DNA from: Campylobacterota bacterium | Lineage (GTDB): Bacteria; Campylobacterota; Campylobacteria; Campylobacterales; Arcobacteraceae | Direction: 5' to 3' | Assembly (NCBI GenBank): GCA_051746405.1 | Contig: JBNJFB010000052.1 | Location: 1-15,698, forward strand | DNA length: 15,698 nt | Shown here: piece after piece, positions 1-6,929 of the stretch | Layout: every line of letters begins with the position of its first letter | How positions within the stretch are numbered: the stretch's first letter is position 1 | Made by a program: the position numbers and the translations under genes | Notes under the pieces: model-generated | Databases searched by the model: none | Seen by the model: only the letters and a program-made list of their open reading frames with translations | Told to the model about the DNA's origin: nothing

Positions 1-561
1 TTAGGTTATGAAAACTCTGATACAGTAAAAGAGTTAGGACCTGTTTATGGTTCGCAGTGGAGATCTTGGATGGGTGCAAATGGAAAAGCCCATGACCAAC
101 TAACAACTGTAATAAATCAAATCAAAACAAATCCAGATAGTAGAAGAATTATCTTAAATGCTTGGAATGTGGCAGAGATTGATAATATGGCACTACCTCC
201 ATGTCATACTTTTTTCCAGTTTTATGTAGCAAATGGAAAACTATCTTGTCAGTTATACCAAAGAAGTGCAGATGTGTTTTTAGGAGTTCCTTTTAATATT
301 GCTTCTTATGCACTATTAACTATGATGATAGCACAAGTATGTGAGCTTGAAGTAGGGGATTTTGTACATACATTTGGTGATGCACATATTTACTCAAATC
401 ATATGGAGCAAGTAAATCTACAACTTTCAAGAACACCACATAAAAAACCAACTATGAAAATAAATCCAGATATTAAAGATATAAATGACTTTAAAATGGA
501 AGATTTTGAATTAGTTGATTATGTATGTGATGAACCAATTAAAGCTGTAATGGCTGTATAA
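1..561 (+). CDS. thyA: Thymidylate synthase ThyA (5' end outside window)
   Basis: Frame is open from base 1 ([23 protein letters not shown]), so the track's ATG at 70 is internal. Motifs: DSRRII, catalytic [31 protein letters not shown]-terminal MAV. Directly upstream of folA. Confidence 0.97.
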   Translation, partial: LGYENSDTVKELGPVYGSQWRSWMGANGKAHDQLTTVINQIKTNPDSRRIILNAWNVAEIDNMALPPCHTFFQFYVANGKLSCQLYQRSADVFLGVPFNIASYALLTMMIAQVCELEVGDFVHTFGDAHIYSNHMEQVNLQLSRTPHKKPTMKINPDIKDINDFKMEDFELVDYVCDEPIKAVMAV

Positions 562-566
562 GTATA

Positions 567-684
567 AGGCAACTCGTTGCCTCTTTAGAATTTTGCTACT
601 TTTAATAGGAATTTATTTCCTATGCTAAAAAGTAGATAAAGAATAAAAAAGGTTCCCTTTCAATTGGGTACCAATTTAAAGGAA
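567..684 (+). promoter_or_regulatory. Structured thyA-folA intergenic leader (three hairpins, the last covering the folA RBS)
   Basis: Hairpin 1: AGGCAAC-TC-GTTGCCT (567-582). Hairpin 2: CTACTTTT/AAAAGTAG plus ATAGGAA/TTCCTAT (596-635). Hairpin 3: CCTTT-c-AATTGG-GTA-CCAATT-t-AAAGG (656-682), pairing the AAAGGA SD. Function is inferred. Confidence 0.45.
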
Positions 685-688
685 TAAT

Positions 689-1195
689 ATGAAAATATCA
701 ATGATTGTAGCTTATGGTAAAAACTGGAAAATTGGTATTAATAACCAAATGCCATGGCATATAAGTGAAGACTTTAAAAACTTTAAAGCAATAACCTCAA
801 ATCATCATATCCTAATGGGAAGAAAGACTTTTGAAAGTATCGGAAGACCACTTCCAAATAGAACTTCACTAGTATTATCAAGAGGTGATTTTAAGCAAGA
901 GGGTGTTGAGACTTTTAGTGATGTTCAAGAGGCTTTTAATTTTGCGAGAGCCAATGGTGAAGAGGAACTATTTATCATAGGTGGAGCAAATATATATGAG
1001 TCATTGTTTGATTATGTGGATAAAATGTATCTTTCTGTTGTAGATTATGATGGGCAAGCAGATGCTTATCTAAAACCTATAGACTTTTCAAATTGGGATT
1101 TACAAGAAGAGAGAACTTATGAAGCCATAAAAGATGAAAATGGTGAGATAAAATCTCCTGCTTGGAATTTTAAAGTTTGGGTAAAGAAAGACTAG
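689..1195 (+). CDS. folA: Dihydrofolate reductase
   Basis: IGINNQMPWHISEDFKNFK, MGRKTFESIGRPLPNR, FIIGGANIY, DAY motifs; 168 aa; AAAGGA RBS; follows thyA. Confidence 0.96.
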   Translation: MKISMIVAYGKNWKIGINNQMPWHISEDFKNFKAITSNHHILMGRKTFESIGRPLPNRTSLVLSRGDFKQEGVETFSDVQEAFNFARANGEEELFIIGGANIYESLFDYVDKMYLSVVDYDGQADAYLKPIDFSNWDLQEERTYEAIKDENGEIKSPAWNFKVWVKKD

Positions 1196-1198
1196 AAA

Positions 1199-1993
1199 AT
1201 GAAATACGAAGATATAGATTTCAATAAACTTTATATAAAACAAAAAGAACTTACCTCTTTTAAAGCAAAGGGAAAAGAGGCTTGGGATGAAAAAGCTCCT
1301 TCTATGAATAAAAGAGTGCATAAGTCTATTTACAACGAACAGTTTTTAGAAAAACTTGATTTAGAAGGTATAAATAGTTTACTTGATATTGGCTGTGGAG
1401 TTGGAAATTTATCTTTAAAGCTTTCATCAAAACTTGATGAGGTTTATTGTCTAGATTATTCATCTGGTATGTTAGATATTTTAAAGCAAAATGCAAAAGA
1501 GCAAGGTGCATCAAATATAAAAACCATAAATAAATCATGGTATGACTCTTGGGATGATGTACCAAATACAGATTTAGTAATAGCATCACGGTCTATGGAA
1601 GTAAAAGATATGAAAGAGGCACTTACAAAGTTAAATGAAAAAGCCAATAAAAAAGTGGTTATTTCATATAAAAAAGGTGGTTCTTTTGTATCAGATGAGA
1701 TATTAGAGGTACTCCAAAGAGATATAATAAAAAAACCTGATTATATTTATTTATTAAATATTTTATATCAAATGGGTATAAATGCTACAGTGAATTTTAT
1801 ACAAAGTGAAGGAAGAAGTACAATATATACTTCAAAAGAGAAGTTTATTCAATCAGTTTCTTGGAGTATAGATGGGCTTAGTAATAAAGAGATAAAAAGA
1901 CTTGAAAACTATTATGATAGTGTTGATTTATCTAAAAAGAAAGGTGAAGAGTTTGTACAATGGGCTATGATTTCTTGGGATAAAGAAGAGTAG
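1199..1993 (+). CDS. Class I SAM-dependent methyltransferase
   Basis: Motif I LLDIGCGVG, motif II VYCLDYSSGML, DLVIASRS. Starts 3 nt after the folA stop. Confidence 0.88.
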   Translation: MKYEDIDFNKLYIKQKELTSFKAKGKEAWDEKAPSMNKRVHKSIYNEQFLEKLDLEGINSLLDIGCGVGNLSLKLSSKLDEVYCLDYSSGMLDILKQNAKEQGASNIKTINKSWYDSWDDVPNTDLVIASRSMEVKDMKEALTKLNEKANKKVVISYKKGGSFVSDEILEVLQRDIIKKPDYIYLLNILYQMGINATVNFIQSEGRSTIYTSKEKFIQSVSWSIDGLSNKEIKRLENYYDSVDLSKKKGEEFVQWAMISWDKEE

Positions 1994-2005
1994 TAAACTC
2001 TTCTT
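1983..2005. terminator. Candidate bidirectional terminator hairpin between convergent genes
   Basis: Perfect 9-bp inverted repeat AAGAAGAGT-agtaa-ACTCTTCTT overlapping both stop codons. Confidence 0.55.
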
Positions 2006-3116
2006 ATAAGATATTTAGTTGATGGGCAAAATCAGCTGCTATTCTTTCATAGTTTCTTACATCAAGCAGTCTTTTTTGACCATTTACTCCAACTTGTGCA
2101 ACCTCGTCTTTACTTAATGAGATTATATACTTTAGTTTCTCTTTAATCTCATCTTTTGTGAACTCACACATCCAAGCACTATCATCGTCTTTAAAAATTG
2201 AACTATTGTTTTCATTTTTTGTCATTAGGCAAGGAACGGCACTACTGTAGTAATCTAATATTTTCATGGGAGTTGAACTATTAAATAGTGCAATATTAGG
2301 AAGAGCTGCTAAGCCAATATCAGCTTTTGCTATTAAATCTAAAAGTTCGTTTTTTGTTTTGGCATTATAGATTTCGATATTGTCTTTGATTACACTAAAC
2401 TTTTCAATCATATTTTTAGTATATTCAGGGTCTTTTGTTGAAATCATTATCTTATATTTATCATTTCCTATTTCATTAAAAGCTTGCAGTACAGTCTCAA
2501 ACTCTCTTAACTTATCTAATGTTCCTGCATAGAAAAATCTTTTTTCAACTCCTTGGTGTTGAATATTTTCTGTTAATACCTCTGGGTCAATTGCTGATGG
2601 AATTACAAATGTTCTAGTTCTTACATCTTTAAAATAGTCATTTTTCATCTGAATTGAAGTGGGAAGAAAAATATCACATTCGTTTATTAAAGCAGTTTCA
2701 GTGAATGTTTTAATTTTATTATTAATTACATCTAAAAAATTAACTTTTTTGTTTGCTTCATTTGTTTGAAGTTTTGCTATTCTTTTTGGAAAAGATAGTC
2801 TAAAAGCAAGCTTAAAATCATAGTAGATTCTCTCTTTTAGAACCTCTTTTAATATGGTAGTATCATTTCTTATTGCTACAAAGTCATAGTGAGCTAAAGT
2901 AAAGCCATTATTCTCAAGCTCTTTTATTGGATTTTTTCTACATTTATTAGGAAGAATTAGTTTATTTTTGTCTTTAATCTCAAACTCACTATTAAAACTA
3001 GAAAAATATACAATATTTATTTCAAAATGTTTATTTAAGTATTTTTCAAACAATGGCCCAATAAAGCTGTGATCTTTATACTCTTCTTGGTCAGTGATAT
3101 ATAAAAATTTATTCAT
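2004..3116 (-). CDS. GT-B fold glycosyltransferase (GT4/group 1-like)
   Basis: FFYAGTLDKLREF, ADIGLAALP and STPMKILDYYSSAVP resemble the GT4 nucleotide-sugar binding motifs; 370 aa; AAGGAG RBS. Confidence 0.82.
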   Translation of the reverse strand: MNKFLYITDQEEYKDHSFIGPLFEKYLNKHFEINIVYFSSFNSEFEIKDKNKLILPNKCRKNPIKELENNGFTLAHYDFVAIRNDTTILKEVLKERIYYDFKLAFRLSFPKRIAKLQTNEANKKVNFLDVINNKIKTFTETALINECDIFLPTSIQMKNDYFKDVRTRTFVIPSAIDPEVLTENIQHQGVEKRFFYAGTLDKLREFETVLQAFNEIGNDKYKIMISTKDPEYTKNMIEKFSVIKDNIEIYNAKTKNELLDLIAKADIGLAALPNIALFNSSTPMKILDYYSSAVPCLMTKNENNSSIFKDDDSAWMCEFTKDEIKEKLKYIISLSKDEVAQVGVNGQKRLLDVRNYERIAADFAHQLNIL

Positions 3117-3229
3117 TTTTCAACTCCTTTTTTATAGAAATTATGATATCAATATAAAGTCGCAATAAAAAAGCGAAATTTCTTTTTTTATTTAATTTTT
3201 GTTATTATTAGAGTTTAAAGGTATGAAAT

Positions 3230-4003
3230 ATGAATAATACAAGTGTAGAAAAAATAGGTTGTTTTACTACTATATTAGATCCATACAATGGAATTACAAT
3301 AGATAAACAGAATCTACCTACAAAATCATCAGAGTTTGAGAGTAATTTAGACATTTTGATAGATGATGTTAAAAATAGAAGAAATCTTATATGGATTTAT
3401 ATTGGTATAGAAAATTCACATTTTGTACCAATAGCTACTAAAAGAGGCTTTTTCTTTCACTCTTGTGATGAGGATTATATTCTTGTAGTAAAAAGACTAT
3501 TTTCAAGTGCAATTGTACCAACTGCTGCAAATCATACCTTAGGCGTTGGAGCAGTTGTAATAAATGAAAATAGTGAGTTATTAGTAATAAAAGAGAAAAT
3601 ATCAAATCTTGGATTTAAACTACCAGGTGGACATATAGACAATGGTGAGATGATTTCAACTGCTGTTCAAAGAGAGGTTCTAGAAGAGACGGGAGTAGAG
3701 GTTGCTTTTGATTCAATTATATCTTTAGGACACTTCTATCCACATCAGTTTCATAAATCAAATTTATATATCTTATGTATAGCCACGCCTAAAAGTTTTG
3801 AAATAGATATTCAAGATACTGATGAGATTTTAGAAGCTAAGTGGATGAAAATAGATGATTATCTAAAGGATGAATTAGTTCTTTCTTATTCAAAGGCAGT
3901 TGTTTTAGCAGCCTTGGAGTACAAAGGATTTAAGCTAGCTAATCTTGAGACTTTGTCTCATATAAAAAGAGATTTTGAGCTTTTTTTCCCAATAAAAAAA
4001 TAG
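3230..4003 (+). CDS. Nudix hydrolase, NUDT6/AtNUDX-like two-domain type
   Basis: Complete Nudix box GGHIDNGEMISTAVQREVLEETGV, preceded by ANHTLGVGAVV. The N-terminal domain (DPYNGI..IWI..GFFFH) is typical of the NUDT6-like subfamily. Confidence 0.88.
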   Translation: MNNTSVEKIGCFTTILDPYNGITIDKQNLPTKSSEFESNLDILIDDVKNRRNLIWIYIGIENSHFVPIATKRGFFFHSCDEDYILVVKRLFSSAIVPTAANHTLGVGAVVINENSELLVIKEKISNLGFKLPGGHIDNGEMISTAVQREVLEETGVEVAFDSIISLGHFYPHQFHKSNLYILCIATPKSFEIDIQDTDEILEAKWMKIDDYLKDELVLSYSKAVVLAALEYKGFKLANLETLSHIKRDFELFFPIKK

Positions 4004-4022
4004 ATAAAAAGAAGGATTTAAA

Positions 4023-4406
4023 ATGAAAAGTATAATAAAAACAGATAAAGCACCAAGTGCAATAGGACCATATAATCAAGGTACTGCTTTTGGTGATTTA
4101 GTATTTATCTCAGGTCAAATTCCATTAGTTCCTGAAACTATGCAGTTAGTTGAAGGTGGAATAAAAGAGCAATCAAAACAGGTAATGGAAAATTTAAAAG
4201 AGGTACTAAAAGAAGCAGACTCTTCTTATGATAATGTACTAAAAACAACTTGTTATTTATCCAATATGGATAACTTCGCTGCATTTAATGAAGTATATTC
4301 ACAATACTTCAAAGCAGAAGATGCACCAGCAAGAGCTACAGTAGCAGTTAAAACTTTACCTAAAAATGTTTTAGTTGAAGTGGATGCTATTGCATTTAAG
4401 AACTAG
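4023..4406 (+). CDS. ridA: RidA/YjgF/YER057c reactive intermediate (imine) deaminase
   Basis: APSAIGPYNQ, FISGQIP, VLKTTCYL, FNEVY, PARATVAV..LP..VLVEVDAIA; 127 aa. Confidence 0.93.
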   Translation: MKSIIKTDKAPSAIGPYNQGTAFGDLVFISGQIPLVPETMQLVEGGIKEQSKQVMENLKEVLKEADSSYDNVLKTTCYLSNMDNFAAFNEVYSQYFKAEDAPARATVAVKTLPKNVLVEVDAIAFKN

Positions 4407-4433
4407 AGTTTTAAGTTACAAAAAAGTAAATAT

Positions 4434-4442
4434 TGATATAAT
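4434..4442 (+). promoter_or_regulatory. Extended -10 sigma70 promoter of the retron cassette
   Basis: TG-A-TATAAT at 4434-4442, with TTTAAGT at 4410-4416 upstream. Predicts a TSS near 4449, where the structured leader begins. Confidence 0.65.
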
Positions 4443-4448
4443 ATCTTT

Positions 4449-4566
4449 ACTCAAATAATTGACTAGATGTAAATCAGTCCATTGTATGTTATATTGAGTC
4501 CCTAAAGGATCATATTACATTTTGAATACTCTAAATAATTAAATTATTTAGAGTGTTTGTAAATTA
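4449..4566 (+). ncRNA. Putative retron msr-msd ncRNA
   Basis: 5' ACTCAAATAATT (4449-4460) is complementary, with one bulge, to AATTATTTAGAGT (4542-4554) and is followed by G4461 (candidate branching G). Hairpin GACT-A-GAT-GTAA-ATC-AGTC (4461-4479, GNRA loop). Bulged hairpin 4486-4520. Perfect 13-bp IR 4528-4540/4542-4554. Lies directly upstream of the RT. Boundaries are approximate. Confidence 0.7.
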
Positions 4567-4576
4567 GGATTTATAC

Positions 4577-5563
4577 TTGAAGAAAAAAACATTTAAACAA
4601 GTATTTGAATCATACTTTCATAAAAAATACTCATTTGAAGATTTTATTAACTATGCTCCAATCGAAAATACTAATTATAAAGTTAATAAATTTCATTCTT
4701 ATACCTTTGTGTCATATTTAAAAGACAAAGCTGGAAAACTGTTAAATGAATCAAAAAAGTTAAAAGATTACCATACTTTTTTAAATGTAACTATTTTTAA
4801 AAAGTTCAATAACCATGAATCGGTTTATTCATATATAGATAATAAAAATGTTTATGATATGGTCTATTTACATAAAGATAATAAGAACTTTTATAAAACA
4901 GATATTGAAAATTTTTTCACATCTATTACAAAAAATATTATCTCAAAAACAATCGAAGATAATTTAAATAATATCAACATAGAAATTGATAAAAATTATA
5001 TTAATAATATTTTAAACCTTATTTTAATTGATAATATTTTACCTGTTGGATTTATAATTTCTCCGAGTATAAGTAATTCTGTACTTTATAAGTTTGATAA
5101 AAGAATATGTGAATTAATGAGAAATAGAAATATAGTTTATACACGTTATTCAGATGATTTAGTGTTTTCTTCAAACGATTTCAGAGAACTAAGGAATACA
5201 ACTCAAATTATAGAAAAATATTTTGAAAGTTTATATGATAATAATTTTATATTAAATGATAAAAAAAGCAAGTTTATGGATAAAACAAAAAGAGTTGAGA
5301 TATTAGGTTTAATTGTTACTCCTAATGGACATATAACCGTAGAGAAAAAGAAAAAAGATAATATTCAAAAGCTTATTTATTTTTATAAAACTGATAAAGA
5401 AAAATTTTTAGCTTTTTTAAGAGAAAAATTTGATAATTCTTTAAGTAAAGCTTATGGTAATTTAAATTATATCAATGATATTGATAAGAATTTTATTTTA
5501 AAGCTAAGAAAAAAATATGGGAATTTTATAGTTGATAAGTTTCTTCATGGAAAAAAGAGCTAG
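4577..5563 (+). CDS. Retron-type reverse transcriptase
   Basis: TTG start with AGGA RBS. RT motifs FYKTDIENFFTSI, LPVGFIISPSISN, YTRYSDDLVFS (YSDD at 5147-5158), LNDKKS, VEILGLIV. 328 aa with no maturase or endonuclease domain. Confidence 0.92.
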   Translation: MKKKTFKQVFESYFHKKYSFEDFINYAPIENTNYKVNKFHSYTFVSYLKDKAGKLLNESKKLKDYHTFLNVTIFKKFNNHESVYSYIDNKNVYDMVYLHKDNKNFYKTDIENFFTSITKNIISKTIEDNLNNINIEIDKNYINNILNLILIDNILPVGFIISPSISNSVLYKFDKRICELMRNRNIVYTRYSDDLVFSSNDFRELRNTTQIIEKYFESLYDNNFILNDKKSKFMDKTKRVEILGLIVTPNGHITVEKKKKDNIQKLIYFYKTDKEKFLAFLREKFDNSLSKAYGNLNYINDIDKNFILKLRKKYGNFIVDKFLHGKKS

Positions 5564-5564
5564 A

Positions 5565-6920
5565 ATGAAGTTTAATATAAAGCTTAAAAAAATACAACAT
5601 ATAGACTCTTTAGAGTATGAAATTGATTTAACTGAAAATAAGTTGCATTGTATTGTAGGTAAAAACGGTATTGGTAAGACTACATTTATTAAATCTATTC
5701 AGAACTTTAAAGAAACTAATACTTTAGATAAAACATCAAGACTTAATATAATCAAAGAGGACAGTAAATTAGTTTATACTCTAGAGGAAAAGATTTTTAA
5801 ATTTAATCCTATTAGAGATGAAAATAGATTTATACTTGACTCTAACAATCCTATTAAAGAGGAAGAAGCAAATCTCATATATACTGAATTCCCTATTCCT
5901 TATGGAAAAAGGTTTAATTTTTATTCAAGACTTGGAGATTTAAAAGAGGATATTGCACAAAAATTTGCAACTAGTGATTATTCTACAAAACCTACAGAAT
6001 TGATTTCTATTCTAAATTATATTTATAACGATTCTAGGTTTGATAGTTTAGAATGTGTAACTATTAAAAATGAGAACTTTTATTTACTACCATTAAGTGA
6101 AGATACTTATATCAGAGAAGATGACTTTAGTTCAGGTGAATATATGCTTATACAAGTTTATAAACTAATAAAATCCGAATCTAAACTGATAGTTATTGAT
6201 GAATTGGATATATCGTTGGATAGTTCAGCACAAGTTAATTTGATAACTAAATTAAGAGAACTAGTTTCACAATCGGATATTAATATTTTATTTACTACTC
6301 ACTCTTTAGCAATTATGAAAACTATGAATGATGATGAATTATATTATATGGAAATTCTAGGAAATGAAACTACAATTACAAATAAATCATATTCATATAT
6401 AAAACATGCATTATTTGGATTTAAAGGGTATGATAGAATTATTTTGACTGAGGATAAAATGATTGTTAAATATTTAAATACTTTTATTCCTAAAAGTATT
6501 CCATTAAAAGTTTTAACTATTGATGTTTCAGGTCATGCTGAAACAGTAAAGATAATGGATAAGAATAAAGAGGAGCATTTTCTTGGTACAGATAATGTTC
6601 TTACAATACTTGATGGTGATACAAGAAGTATGCCTAATTATCAAGGAAGAATGGATATAAAATTTATTCCTTATGATAGTATAGAAAAAGAACTTTTTAA
6701 AGAATATGAATTAGGTAATTTAAATGAACTTATAACTAGCGGTATTAACAATGATAGCATAACTAATGCAAGAGGAATTGGTAAAAAATCAAAAGCCTTA
6801 TATAATGAAATGATTGATAGAGGTTATTTGAATTTTTATAAGGTTATTATTTTAATTGAAAGTAAGTTTCAACAAGAATCTCAATCTTTTAAGTATGAAA
6901 TAAATGAATTCCTAAGTTGA
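5565..6920 (+). CDS. ABC-type ATPase fused to TOPRIM nuclease domain (OLD-like retron effector)
   Basis: Likely start is ATG 5565, 1 nt after the RT stop (451 aa). Walker A GKNGIGKT (5658-5681), signature-like FSSGE, Walker B/D-loop LIVIDELDISLD, H-loop FTTHS. TOPRIM-like IILTED (Glu at 6450-6452) and ILDGD (DxD from 6612). Confidence 0.85.
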   Translation: MKFNIKLKKIQHIDSLEYEIDLTENKLHCIVGKNGIGKTTFIKSIQNFKETNTLDKTSRLNIIKEDSKLVYTLEEKIFKFNPIRDENRFILDSNNPIKEEEANLIYTEFPIPYGKRFNFYSRLGDLKEDIAQKFATSDYSTKPTELISILNYIYNDSRFDSLECVTIKNENFYLLPLSEDTYIREDDFSSGEYMLIQVYKLIKSESKLIVIDELDISLDSSAQVNLITKLRELVSQSDINILFTTHSLAIMKTMNDDELYYMEILGNETTITNKSYSYIKHALFGFKGYDRIILTEDKMIVKYLNTFIPKSIPLKVLTIDVSGHAETVKIMDKNKEEHFLGTDNVLTILDGDTRSMPNYQGRMDIKFIPYDSIEKELFKEYELGNLNELITSGINNDSITNARGIGKKSKALYNEMIDRGYLNFYKVIILIESKFQQESQSFKYEINEFLS

Positions 6921-6929
6921 TTTATTTCA
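6896..6929. terminator. Hairpin spanning convergent effector/tex stop codons
   Basis: Perfect 10-bp IR TGAAATAAAT (6896-6905) / ATTTATTTCA (6920-6929), with inner AATT-ccta-AGTT pairing. AT-rich, so weak. Confidence 0.4.

Noticed and set aside
70..72. Track start of thyA
   Set aside because: Conserved ThyA sequence continues upstream to base 1, so this is an internal Met.
1100..1647. Minus-strand ORFs 1100-1321, 1326-1589 and 1456-1647
   Set aside because: Antisense shadows of folA and the methyltransferase, with no motifs.
4577..5563. RT as a group II intron, DGR or CRISPR-associated RT
   Set aside because: No maturase/HNH domain or long intron RNA, no TR/VR repeat pair or Avd, and no Cas1 or array. 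The upstream structured leader and downstream ATPase-TOPRIM fit a retron.
5532..5564. Track start of the effector at TTG 5532
   Set aside because: It overlaps the RT 3' end. ATG 5565 gives a typical ATPase N-terminus and a coupled junction.
5565..6920. Gabija, Septu (PtuAB) or ABC transporter subunit
   Set aside because: No UvrD helicase, HNH gene or permease is adjacent; the only partner is the RT.
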